From Stegostoma tigrinum (taxonomy: Eukaryota), in the NCBI RefSeq assembly GCF_030684315.1, contig NC_081374.1, forward strand, positions 11,830,837 to 11,894,836: DNA of 64,000 nt, in the 5' to 3' direction. Position 1 is the stretch's first letter, and each line of letters opens with the position of its first letter. Below are positions 51,338 to 63,802 of this stretch, piece after piece. The notes under the pieces were generated by a model. The model did no database searches and was not told the DNA's origin. It saw nothing but the letters and a program-made list of their open reading frames with translations. A program made the position numbers and the translations under genes.

Positions 51338-52090
51338 TAATACTCTTCCTGTAGGACCTGTTATAAAATTTAATTACCCGAACATGACTGGAAGAATTAA
51401 AGTATGCAGGATAGAGGGTGGTAAGAGTGACTGAAGAGTGCCTGGCAAATTTCTGATGAGTATTCTGAGCCAGTAGATTGTGCCAACGATATAAAGTGTA
51501 ACGGATATACGCTTCAGTGAGTGAGCAACAAGGTAGAATTAAAGCCTAATGTGGGGGTGTATGAGGTCATAGGGTTAGAAAACTGAGACATGTTTTCAAA
51601 AGGCATGAAGCTTGAAAATGTCAACGTTTCGTGAGACCTGGGTGTGTTTGTGCAGGGAAGATAACTGATGAGAATGCTGGTATAACAAGCAAAGAGGAAA
51701 GCAAATGGTCTGTTAATCTTTCTTGAAAGGGGATAGATAGCAAGAATAACAAAGTCTTACCATATTTGTACAGGGTTATGTCGATTCCATACTTGCAATA
51801 CAATGTACAAGTTTGAGCCTGTATTTTGTGGAGCTTAGAGAAATGAGAGCTGATCTCATTGAGGAGAAATACAAACCAACCACCTAGTTTTGCCACAGAG
51901 TCTCACAAAACAAGATTTAATAAACTGTATGAAAAAAATAAAAGAAATAGTTGCAAACCGAAGATTTTGTCCCTGTGTCACAAAATCTTCCTTTGTGCCT
52001 CCAATTATTTAAACATCTCCACTGTACAAACCAGAGAGTGGACTTAAACAAACAAGGATTATCTGAATATACATCTCGATGGTCACTCAC

Positions 52091-52130
52091 CTGGAATGGA
52101 ACAAATAAGAACAATCAAAGTCCACATCAT
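52091..52130 (-). other. Orphan or alternative leader exon (M)MWTLIVLICSIP
   Basis: Close paralog of gene A exon 1 with intact gtgagt donor; no V exon seen between it and the 48.7-kb leader. Confidence 0.75.
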
Positions 52131-52225
52131 TTTATTCTTGAAGATCAGTTCAGTTCTTGACACAGTCTCTCAGTGTTTTATTCTGGCATTGAAATAAGTG
52201 TGCAATGCAATTTCTACACGAAATG

Positions 52226-52268
52226 AAATGAGGAAGAGGATTTAGGAAGGCAGCTTCTGAAACCACAG
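52226..52268 (-). promoter_or_regulatory. Paralogous promoter: Ets/PU.1 GAGGAA plus RUNX AACCACA
   Basis: aaatgaggaagagga identical to gene A promoter. Confidence 0.45.
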
Positions 52269-52904
52269 TAAGCCAGATGGTGAAAACTGACCCTGAAGGA
52301 ATCAGCTTCCTGTCAGTTATGATTAGCAGAAGAATGAAATTAACTTTCATTAAATTAATAGAATATTTGGAAATCAAAATGGTTAAAGATTCAGGTGCTA
52401 TGGCTAATGCTGACCCAAGCTCATTACTTATACTGAATTACCATTCAAATTCAGTCTTATTGTAACATACACTGAAATACAAAAGTACAGGAGTACAGTG
52501 AGACGTGTACAATGTCACCAAGGACAGTGTCACTTTTAGGTACAAAGTAGATTGTTACAAATCTTAGGTACTGAAATAGAAGAGTAACAAAAATAGAGAA
52601 GTAAAGAACAAAGCTATAAGTTCTACATTATAATTCTTCATCTCATTATTAAAGGAAATAGAGTTAAAAGATAAACATTACAGTCCTTCTACAGCCAGCA
52701 GTCACTCCATGCTGGGAGCATTCCACATGTCGTCTTGCTCTCCTCCACACTGGGCCAACACTAACTGGGTTTACAAGCTGCTGACCTCTGTGTGTGACAG
52801 GCTGACCACATCAGGTCCCAGCCTGCCCATCATTGTCAGTCCTGCTCTAGCCCCTCAGCCTGCTGACCGCTCCGATCTACTCCAGGCCAGCTCCACTTCA
52901 TGGC

Positions 52905-53700
52905 CTCAGCCACTGTCCACTGGCCGTTCTACTCCAACCCTGCCGGCCACTGGCTGTTCCATTCCGCTCCTGCTGTCCACTGGCTGCTCTGTTCTGCTCC
53001 GTTCCTGCTGACCACTGGCTGCTATATTCTGCTCTGTTCCTGCTGACCACTGGCTGCTCTGTTCTGCTCCGTTTCTGCTGATCCACTGGCTGCTCTGTTC
53101 CTCTCCGTTCCTGCTGACCACTGGCTGCTCTGTTTTGCTCCATTCCTGCTGATCACTGGCAGCTCTGTTATGTTCTGTTCCTGCTGACAACTGGCTGTTT
53201 CACTCTGCTTTGTCCCTGCTGACACTGGCTGCTCTGTTCTGCTTCATTCCTGCTGTCCACTGGCTGCTCTGTTCCGCTCCGTTCCAGCTGATCACTGGCT
53301 GCTCTGTTCCTCTCTGTTCCTGCTGGCCACTGGCTGCTCTGTTCCACTCCATTCCTGCTGTCCACTGGCTGCTCTGTTCCTCTCCATTCCTGCTGACCAC
53401 TGGCTGCTCTGCTCCGCTCCGTTCTTGCTGTCCACTGGCTGTTCCACTCCGTTCCTGCTGTCCACTGACTGCTCTGTTCTTCTCTGTTCCTGCTGACCAC
53501 TGGCTGCTCTGCTCCGCTCCGTTCCTGCTGCCCACTGGCTGTTCCACTCTGTTCCTGCTGACCACTGGCTGCTCTGTTCCATTCTGCTGACCACTGGCTG
53601 TTCGGCTGTATTCTTGCTGACCACTGGCTGCTCTGCTCCATCCCTGCTGCCCGCTGGCTGTTCTGTTCCGATCCTGCTGATCACTGGTGTAGCTCTGATC
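52905..53700. repeat. Minisatellite, ~26-36-bp units (ccactggctgctctgttcNNctccgttcctgctga)
   Basis: More than 20 recurrences of cactggctg. Confidence 0.92.
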
Positions 53701-56700
53701 TGCTCTGGGCCCTCAGCACTGTAACGCAGCAATGCCAAAAAGGCTGCGCTCTCCCAAAAATGATTTCTCAAAAACTGAAAAAAACTTTGAGAACAGAAGA
53801 TGAAGACAATAAAAATAAGCAAGAAGCAGAAGGAAAGGGTTGGCCCCAGGCTCTGTCTGGAATCTGCCAACTCTGTCGCCGCCGTCTTGTCTTTCTCAGG
53901 GGAATGGCAATTGGCCCATTCTCCAATGGTAGACAATGTCAACTAAATGTTATTGACAAAAATTGATTTCTCTTGTGAAAATTACTCCTGTAATTTACTG
54001 TTTGATATTCATTAGTATTTTGGTTACTTGTAAAATGATTCCTTTTGTTAGTGTTGAACAACTATTGTGTCAGGTTTTGAGCCCGTCCGCTCCATTTCCA
54101 AAAGACCCAAGTAAACAAGTAATGAGGCTGATTTCAGGCAGAAAAAAGAGCTCAACTGACAGAGAGACAATTCTGGGAGAAGTGAGCGGTGATTGAGTAA
54201 CTGGGAATGAGCTTCAATTCCAAGGTGAGGGTCCCTCTGGTGAACTGCCTGACATGGGGCTTTGTATTTCCCAGGACGTGGATGACGATGAGTGACCCTG
54301 GTGAATCATACTGGGTTTCTCCTTTGAGAAGGTCAAAGGGGCTGATACCTTTCATCAACCCTGCTCACCCCACCCACAATGCTTAAGGCATGAAACAATG
54401 AATGGAGGACTGATTAACAAAGTGAATAATATCTGATCAAATTGTCAGGGATCCTGGAAAGTGACTTGCTTAGTATCAAAGCCATGTCTAGGGAGATAGA
54501 CGCAGCAGTTTTCTTAAAAGATCATTCTTCTGAGACAAACAGTTGCAGGGCCTGGATATCCCATTTGCTCTGGAATGGTGCCAGCCCTTGAATGACATGG
54601 GCACTGTAGAATCAGCTGGAAAAATATGATGAGATTGAAAAAGTAGACTCTGTGATGAAACAGTGAATCCACCTCATAGTAAACAAATTGAAGAATATCT
54701 GATCAAATTGTCAGGGATCCTCTAAAGTGACTTGCTCATGGTCAAAGCCACGTTCTGGTCAATGAGCAATTTTTAAAGGGCCTTTCTTCTGAGACAAACC
54801 ATTGCATGAACTGGACCTGCAACAAGACCCCTCCCTCATCAGGATAGACGTCCCATTTGCCCTGGAATGGTGCAGTGATCCACCACAACGTGTACATGAG
54901 CCTGTCCCAGGAGACTACCATCCCATAGACGGTAATCAAGGGGCTCGCTCTGAAAACTCTCAGTACAGCCTTGAATGACACAGCGTGCCCACTCACAATA
55001 TCCTGTTTATTAACAGTGACGTGGTCTCTAAGTAAACTATCCCGTCCCTGTCTTTCCAGAATGTCTCTCCAGTGAACATTTCTGTCAGCTGCTGTGCCAA
55101 CTTGGCTGCAGTTATACGTAGTTTACTTGGGGCAAAGGGATCATTTAGGACTGACATATGTTATTTAGTTTGCTGAAGGCCTTTGGAAGAGTAGTGTAAT
55201 GTCCTGTTGTAACCCTTGGTGGAATATTCCTTGACTCGTGAGCTATATGTCACACAGTTCCTAGAGAATGTAGAAATGTTCCAAGCTGTAGGAACTCCAG
55301 CTCTAGTTTACTGCACAGTTTACTTGATAACTCGTCTTCTTGCCCTTTAGAATCTACCCTGTAAATTAGTCGATAAAGATTCTCTCATCCTTCCATTGTC
55401 AACTTTGTCATTCATAAACCACATAAAGCTCAGGCAGGACTCCTATACCTCTGTCAGCTGTTTCTTCTGTCTGCATCAAATGATGTCCTTTAAATGGGCC
55501 AGGAACCACGATGTCAGCCTCTAGCAAGTCCTGCACCAGGACAGCTCCTCTCCAATGTGCATAGCAAAGAAACTAACACTTAGGCTCATTGTACATTCAT
55601 GGGTTTCTATCACACAACCCCCTTGAGAATATTCACACATTTTCTTACAGTGTCAATCTATGACGAACATCAAAGCATTCAACAGACATTTAAACATTTT
55701 TTCACACTTCAACTTCTCAATAATGGTTGGCACAGAGGCTCAGTGCTTACACTGCTACCTACAAAGCTCCAGTAATCTGGGTTCAGTTCAAGTCTTGGGT
55801 AACACTGAGCAGTTTGCACATTGTCCTTGTGTCTGTGTGGTTTTTCACCCTGTGCTCCAATTTGCTCCCAGAGTCCAAAGATGTGCAAACTAGATGGATT
55901 GCGGATGCTAAATTGTAGCATGCTACAGGCAGAAATATATTTAGAAATAAAGTATCTTTGGAATCAAAATTATTTTACAAGATTTATATTTTAATTTGAT
56001 AAAACGTTGAAATTATTCAATTCAATTCAAATCAATTTGCATTGTAATTTCTGGGGCAAAAGTTCAATTTGTTTCAGAATGAAGCGTGGATTTACAGCTT
56101 TCTAAATACAGTGATCTGAGAAGCACATTCATTTCTTTCAAAACTTTGCCTGATCATTGTGTTTGTAAATAAGGCACGTTGCATTTCTATCGTACCTTTA
56201 AAGATGTAAAGCTGGAGCAGAGATTTGGATGAGATGAAGTTGATGTATGGTGGAAAGTTCAAGTCCGGCTGGGATGGTATGGGGATGGTTGAGTGTGGAG
56301 CTCACAACATGGTGGTTGAAGGTTCTGTTGAACAGGGAGATGGATGGAGACAGTGGCTAAGGAAACGTGATTGTGGTGAGATCAAAGACAATGGTTTCAA
56401 TCTTCAGAATTGTCAGCTTTAATTTTACTGACATTGTGAAAATGCACAGACAGGCACAAGCACAGCAGGTAGGTATGTCAGAGGCAGTCGTTAAACTGGA
56501 TCAAAGGATGGAGGAATCAACCAACACTATCAGTCCCAGTGTGTCTGACCATCCCCTTGGAGAGGTGGGCAGGTGTCACTCAGACTCAAGCCCAGCCCAC
56601 TCAGTGTCTGCTGGATATGAGCACAGACTGACACTCCATCGCTGTAGCCATTGGTGCTCAGTGTCACTGAGGAGGTGAGAGTGTGACGTGGCTATTGACA

Positions 56701-58490
56701 TCACTCCAGGTTCCCCTTTCTCTCATGGAAGCAGGATGGTGTCAGGAGGCACCTAAAAAAAAAGATAAAAGGAGCCTCACAGAAGATCCCTCTATGTTTC
56801 CGCTCAGGACACTCCAGTGATGCCTGATTCCTTCATGTCCCATCTGCCGAGTTACTACTTAAAATAAGTCACCAGCAAGAAAATTCAGGGCAACTGTTGT
56901 CAATGCCATAAGACCATGAGAATGTCTGAGGTGTGCAATCTCATCTATATTTACTCTGCAGCAGCACAGTGTTTGAGCTTCATTGGGGGTGTAGAATTCT
57001 GGCAGGGAGTCACGATGATAGATATGCTCACTCTTAAAGAAAAAGCTCCCTTGCACATTGCAGTCTATCTCCTCTCAGACCTACAATACGGTGTGTGAAT
57101 GTGGCAGCTGAGAATTGCTGTTTGTCGCTGATAGCTAAGCAGTTCTTTACAGAAATGCCAAACCCAAGTGGCACTTTAAAATGAACTTGTCTGATTCTGT
57201 TCACCTTGTTAAGAAGGCACTGAATGTGAACAATGTTGTGGTCAACGACTGCTTAGGCCAGAACATGAAATGTTTATTTCTGGGCAATGACTGACCTGCT
57301 GTTGGAGCGGAATTGGATGGCAGTGGTATGACTGAATCAGTGGACGCAGGGTGGATGCAATTGCCCCGACTGGGTTTCAAATGCATAGAATTTTTCTCTA
57401 ACCTGCTCCCAAAATATGAATAATTGACTTCACACCCACTCTGCAAGTGATGTCAGCTATTTTGTACAGATATTGCGCAGTGATTAGGTCAGAACTGATC
57501 GAGGGTCAACCAAATGCTTTGGTAACAAGAACAGAAATTGCTGGAGAAACTGAGCAGGTCTGGCAACGCCTGTGAAGAAAAAATGAAGTTAATGTTTGAA
57601 GTCCAGTGACCCTTCATCAGAACTATCAGTAGCTGGGAAAGGGTGGTCTATATGCTGCAGACACGGGGAGTAAGGTGTTTGTGTGAGTTACCAGCAGAGT
57701 CTACCTGTGATCCAGAATGATCCTTCCTCCTCTCTTTTTCTTCGCTGTCTGTCGCTATTATGTCCCTAATTTACTATCAGAGCACATGTGTTTGAGAACT
57801 TGCAGAGGCCTTATTGGCCCTGAACTGTCTCCATGGAGAAGCCAAAGTGATAATGATCCAGGAAAACCCCTACGTCCTGTTGCTCTCTTGCACTTCCTTT
57901 GTTTTGTAGAGCCCCAGAAAGCGTGACTTGATGCACTATTTCCTCTTTAGACCAGATGAGATCCAGGTTTCATTGTTTTAATATTTATTAATGAATGCAT
58001 GAGAAGCTGCACAGGTTAAAAAATACACATTGTTAGGACAGTAACAAAGGTTTTATGCTATTGTCCAGATAACAGTATTGTCAGAGTGACCTTGATGTGG
58101 TATAGTGCCATACAGGGAGATACTTTAAATCATTTAAAACAGTTTTCATTCAAATATTACTTGATTCCTGGATAGTTTCTGTCTGTAGCATGCAATGTGT
58201 CAATGGCTGATTCTAAATGGACACACATTCAGTTTGAGGCCATTCCAATAAATCCTCAATTTTCAATAATTGTCAATGAGGAACGTAAATGAGCATCATA
58301 GAAATTCTACAGTGCAGAACGGGACCATTTGCCCCCCAGGTCTGCATTATCTTTCTGAAGAGCAACCCACCCAGACCCAGAACCCCACCCTATTCTGATA
58401 ACCCCACATTTCCCATAACCCACATAGCCCGCACTTCCCTGGACGCTATGTGCAATTTAACATGACCAATCCCACTAACTTGCACATCTT

Positions 58491-61400
58491 ACATAACTTG
58501 TATTTCTGGTTGCAGCAGCAGCGCGAGCAGGAGCTTGGAGCAGGGTCCTGTCGGGAAGCCGGTGAGTCACTGTTTTTGAATCTATAAAAAGCTTACCTCG
58601 TGAATAGGCGGAGGTACGCTGAGCAGGAGCCGGCACAGGACTGGTGAGTGAGTGAGGTAATGTATTTGAGTGGTTACCAGGGGAAAGCAGTGGGGCACAG
58701 GTCTCTGGCACAGAGTCTGTCCCTGCTGGTCAGAAGGGAAGGGGGAAGAGGAACAGAGCACTAGTCATTGGGGACTCATAGTTAAGGGGACAGATAGGAG
58801 GTTCTGTGGGGGCGAGAGAGACTCACGGTTGGTGCGTTGCCTCCCAGGTGCCAGGGCTTGTGATGTCTCTGATCGTGTTTTTGGGATCCTTAAGGGGGAG
58901 GGGGAGCAGCCTCAACTCGCGGTCCACATTGGCACCAACGACATAGGTAGGAAGAGAGACGGGGATTTAAGGCAGAAATTCAGGGAGCTAGGATGGAAGC
59001 TGAGAGCTAGGACGAACAGAGTTGCTGTCTCTGGTTTGTTGCCCGTGCCACGTGCTAGTGAGGCGAGGAATAGGGAGTGAGAGGAGTTGAACACGTGGCT
59101 ATAGGGATGGTGCAGGAGGGAGGGTTTTGGATTCTTGGACAATTGGGGCTCTTTCTGGGGTAGGTGGGACCTCTACAAGCAAGATGGTCTTCACCTGAGC
59201 CAGAGGGGTACCAATATCCTGGGGGGGAAATTTGCTAAGGCTGTCCGGGTGGGTTTAAACTAATTCAGCAAGGGGATGGGCACCAAAATTGTAGTTCGAC
59301 TATAGGAAAGGTTGAGAGTAGGGTGGTCTGAAATAAAGTTTCAGGGAAGCAAGATGGCACCGGCAAGCAAGAAGTTGGATTGAAGTGTGTCTACTTCAAT
59401 GCCCAGAGCGTCCGGAATAAGGTGGGTGAACTTGCAGCATGGGTTAGTACCTGGGACTTCGATGTTATGGCCATTTCGGAGACATGGATAGAGCAGGGAC
59501 AGGAATGGTTGTTGCAGGTTCCGGGATTTAGATGTTTCAGTAAGAACAGAGAAGATGGTAAAAGTGCGGAGGTGTGGCATTGTTGGTCAAGGACAGTATT
59601 ACAGTTGCAGAAAGGATGTTTGGGGACTCGTCAACTGAGGTAGTATGGGCTGAGGTTAGAAACAGGAAAGGAGAGGTCACCCTGTTGGGAGTTTTCTATA
59701 GGCCTCGAATAGTTCCAGAGATGTAGAGGAAAGGATAGCAAAGATGATTCTCGATAGGAGTGAGAGAGACAGGGTAGTTGTCATGGGGGACTTCAACTTT
59801 CTAGATATTGACTGGGAACACTATAGTTCGAGTACTATAGATAGGTCAGTTTTTGTCCAGAGTGAGCAGGAGGGCTTCCTGACACAGTATGTAGATAGGC
59901 CAACAAGGGGCGAAGCCACATTAGATTTGGTACTGGGTAACGAGCCCGGCCAGGTGTTAGATTTGGAAGTAGGTGAGCACTTTGGTGATAGCGATCACAA
60001 TTCTGTTATGTTTACTTTAATGATGGAAAGGGATAGGTGTATACCACTGGGCAAGAGTTATAGCTGGGGGAAAGGCAATTACGATGAGATTAGGGAAGAT
60101 TTGGGAGCATAGAATGGGGAAGGAAACTGCAGGGGATGGGCACATTAGAAATGTGGAGCTTATTCAAGGAAAAGCTCCTGTGTGTCCGAGATAAATATGT
60201 ACCTGTCAGGTAGGGAGGAACCTGTAGAGTGCGGGAGCCGTGGTTTACAAAAGAGGTGGAATCTCTGGTCAAGAGGAAAAAGGAGGTTTATGTTAGGATG
60301 AGATGTGAAGGCTCAGTTAGGGCTCTTGAGGGCTACGAGGTAGCCCAGAAAGACCGAAAGAGAGAGCTCAGAAGAGCCAGGAGGAGACATGAGAAGTTGT
60401 TGGCAGATAGGATCAGGGTAAACCCTAAGGATTTCTATAGGTATTTAAGGAATAAAAGAATGACGGAAGTAAGATTAGGGCCAATCAAGGATAGTAGTGG
60501 GAAGTTGTGTGTGGAGTCAGGTGAGATAGGGGAAGCGCTAAATGAATATTTTTCAACAGTATTCACTCTAGAAAACGACAATGTTGTCAAGGAGAATGCT
60601 GAGATACAGGCTACTAGACTAGGTGAGATTGAGGTTCACACGGAAGAGGTATTAGAAATCCTTCAGAAGTTGAAGATAGATAAGTCCCCTGGGCCGGATG
60701 GGATTTATCCTAGGATCCTCTGGGAAGCCAGGGAGGAGATTGCCGAGCCTTTGGCATTGATCTTTAACTCATCATTGTATACAGGAATAGTGCCAGATGA
60801 TTGGAGGATAGCAAATGTGGTTCCCCTGTTCAAGAAGGGGAGTAGAGACAACCCTGGTAATTATAGACCAGTGAGCCTTACCTCAGTTGTTGGTAAAGTG
60901 TTGGAAAAGTTTATAAGGGATAGGATTTATAATCATTTAGAAAAGAATAAATTGATTAGGGATAGTCAGCACGGTTTTGTGAAGGGAAGGTCGTGCCTCA
61001 CAAACTTCATTGAGTTCTTTGAGAAGATGACCAAACAGGTAGATGAGAGTAAACCGGTTGATGTGGTGTATATGGATTTCAGCAAGGCGTTCGATAAGGT
61101 TCCCCACAATAGGCTATTGTACAAAATGCGGAGGAATGGGATTGTGGGAGATATAGCAGTTTGGATCGGAAATTGGCTTGCTGAAAGAAGACAGAGGGTG
61201 GTAGTTGATGGGAAATGTTCATCCTGGAGACCAGTTACTAGTAGTGTACTGCAAGGGTCGGTGTTGGGTCCACTGTTGTTTGTCATTTTTATAAATGACC
61301 TGGATGAGGGCATAGAAGGATGGGTTAGTAAATTTGCAGACGACACTAAGGTCGGTAGAGTTGTGGATAGTGATGAAGGATGCTATAGGTTGCAGAGAGA

Positions 61401-62226
61401 CATAGATAAGCTGCAGAGCTGGGCTGAGAGGTGGAAAATGGAGTTTAATGCAGACAAGTGTGAAGTGATGCACTTTGGTAGGAGTAACCGGAAGGCAAAG
61501 TACAGGGCTAATGGTAAGATTCTTAGTAGTGTAGATGAGCAGAGAGATCTCGGTGTCCATGTACACAGATCCTTGAAAGTTGCCACCCAGGTTGACAGGG
61601 CTGTTAAGAAGGCATACAGTGTTTTAGCTTTTATTAATAGAGGGATCAAGTCCTGGAACGAAGAGGTTATGGTGAAGCTCTACAAAACTCTGGTGCAGCC
61701 GCACTTGGAGTATTGTGTACAGTTCTGGTCACCGCATTATAAGGAGGATGTGGAAGCTTTGGAAAGGGTGCAGAGGAGATTTACTAGGATGTTGCCTGGT
61801 ATGGAGGGAAGGTCTTATGAGGAAAGGCTGAGTGACTTGAGGCTGTTTTCATTAGAGAGAAGAAGGTTGAGAGGTGACTTAATTGAAACATATAAAATAA
61901 TCAGAGGGTTAGATATGGTGGATAGGGAGAGCCTTTTTCCTAGGATGGTGATGGCGAGCATGAGGGGGCATAGCTTTAAATTGAGGGGTGAAAGATATAG
62001 GACAGATGTCAGAGGTAGTTTCTTTACTCAGAGTAGTAAGGGAATGGAATGCTTTGCCTGCAACGGTAGTAGATTCGCCAACTTTAGGTACATTTAAGTC
62101 ATCATTGGACAAGCATATGGACGTACATGGAATAGTGTAGGTTAGATGGGCTTGAGATTGGTATGACAGGTCGGCACAACATCAAGGGCTGAAGGGCCTG
62201 TACTGTGCTGTAATGCTCTATGTTCT
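58491..62226 (+). mobile_element. Near full-length CR1 LINE: 5'UTR, partial ORF1 with SGNH esterase, disrupted APE, 622-aa RT ORF; nested in an HE1-like SINE
   Basis: VHIGTND esterase motif; KFADDTK RT; ttctat tail; SINE halves at ~58295-58490 and 62227-62380; possible 5-bp TSD atctt. Confidence 0.93.
60229..62097 (+). CDS. CR1 ORF2 reverse-transcriptase portion (disabled element)
   Basis: NYRPVSLTS, DFSKAFD, QGSVLGP, FADD. Confidence 0.8.
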   Translation: MREPWFTKEVESLVKRKKEVYVRMRCEGSVRALEGYEVAQKDRKRELRRARRRHEKLLADRIRVNPKDFYRYLRNKRMTEVRLGPIKDSSGKLCVESGEIGEALNEYFSTVFTLENDNVVKENAEIQATRLGEIEVHTEEVLEILQKLKIDKSPGPDGIYPRILWEAREEIAEPLALIFNSSLYTGIVPDDWRIANVVPLFKKGSRDNPGNYRPVSLTSVVGKVLEKFIRDRIYNHLEKNKLIRDSQHGFVKGRSCLTNFIEFFEKMTKQVDESKPVDVVYMDFSKAFDKVPHNRLLYKMRRNGIVGDIAVWIGNWLAERRQRVVVDGKCSSWRPVTSSVLQGSVLGPLLFVIFINDLDEGIEGWVSKFADDTKVGRVVDSDEGCYRLQRDIDKLQSWAERWKMEFNADKCEVMHFGRSNRKAKYRANGKILSSVDEQRDLGVHVHRSLKVATQVDRAVKKAYSVLAFINRGIKSWNEEVMVKLYKTLVQPHLEYCVQFWSPHYKEDVEALERVQRRFTRMLPGMEGRSYEERLSDLRLFSLERRRLRGDLIETYKIIRGLDMVDRESLFPRMVMASMRGHSFKLRGERYRTDVRGSFFTQSSKGMECFACNGSRFANFRYI

Positions 62227-63354
62227 ATCTTTGGGTTGTGGGAGGAAACTGGAGCACCTGGCACAAACCCACGCAGAAACAGGCAGAATGTGCAAAATCC
62301 ACACAGACTGTAACCGGAGGTTTGAATTGAACCCAGGTCACTGCGATTGTGAGGCAGCAGTGCTAACCACTGACTCATGGTGTCGTCCATTTTTGAGAAG
62401 TTGAGATGTGATGCTGCTTGGCCTGCTGTGTTCATCCAGCCTCACATTTTATTACCATGTTTACACACTTGTTGCATGCTTTTCATTGTTCATCGTGGTT
62501 TGATAAAATGACAAAAATGTGTAAATATTCTCAAGGGTGATGTATATCAGAAACCCGCTGATGTACAAAGAAGCTACGTGCTACCTGCTTTTGGTTGCAC
62601 ATTGGAGAAGAGCTGCCCTGGTGCAGGGCCTGCTGGAGGTGAATATTATGGGTCCATGTCAATGTGAATGACATCATTTGATGCAGCGGGAAGAAACTGT
62701 GAATAGATATATCGAGGTCTTGCCGGAGCTTCATGTGGTTTATCAGCCACAGAGAGTATAATTGAAAGGTGAGAGAATCTTTATCAATTCATCAACAGGG
62801 TAGATTCCAAAGGACCTGAAAAAGAGTTATCAATTAAACTGAGCTGTATGCTGGAGCTAAAGTTCCTACAGCTCAGAACATTCATACACTGACCAGCAAC
62901 TGTGTGACAAATAGTGCAGGAGTCAAGGGATGAGCCACCAAGTGTTACAGCAGGGACATTGCACTCCTCTTCCAAAAGCCTTCAAAGAGCTAAATAACAA
63001 ATGCCAATCCAAAATGATCCATTTAGCCCAAATGAACTAGATTCTCCTTGTCAACAATCCAATTCCTTGCAATCAATCACTTTCTGTGGCAAATAATTGC
63101 ATCAGCACATCACTCTCTGGGTCAGTGTTAACTCGAAGGGCTGAATAGCCTGCTTCACTGAACTGACAGCAAATCCACCAGCTTTACCCTGGGCCTGCTA
63201 GACATTTGGGATTGGCTTCCTCTATCACTGGTAAAAGCCCCGAGCCTGTGGAGAAAGCCCATTGGGAAACCACAAACCATACCTACAGGCATTGTAACGC
63301 TGTGCGGGCAGCCATTGCCTACAGCTCATTAAAGAGATAGAACTGGGTCACCTG

Positions 63355-63802
63355 CAGCAATATGTCTGCAGCTACTGACAGAAATGTTCAGTGGAGACAC
63401 ATTCTGGAAAGACAGGGACGGGACAGTTTTCTTAGAGCCCACATCACTGTTAATAAACTGGACATTGTGGGTAGGGCACTATGTGTCATTCAAGGCTGTA
63501 CTGAGAGTTTTCAGAGCGAGCCCTTTGATTACCGTCTCTGTGAAGGTACCCTCCTGGGACAGGCTCAGATACACGTTGTGGTGGATCACTGCACCATCCT
63601 AGAGCAAATGAGACGTCAATTCTACTGAGAGAGGGGTTTTTGTTTGTCTGAGAAGCATGGTCTTTTAAAAATGGCTGAGTGCCTGCCCACCAGGATATGG
63701 CTTTGACGCTGAAATAGTCACCTTACAGGGTCCCTGACAATTTGATCAAATACTCCTCACTTTGTGACGAAGTGCTGCATTCACCGTTTCCTCACAGAAT
63801 CA
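63355..63802. repeat. Inverted paralog of 54650-55095
   Basis: Reverse-complement similarity (e.g. ORFs 54742-54996(-) and 63384-63602(+) share VSFKAVLRVFRASPLITV). Confidence 0.85.

Noticed and set aside
52905-53700. CRISPR-like array or repetitive protein ORFs
   Set aside because: No unique spacers, eukaryotic context; the ORFs are by-products of a minisatellite with no exon signals
55100-58290. Additional receptor exons
   Set aside because: No Ig, TM or ITIM-like exon recognised; appears to be old repeat-derived intergenic sequence
60229-62097. Active autonomous LINE
   Set aside because: Stops and frameshifts in ORF1 and the APE region, and a frameshift near the RT end
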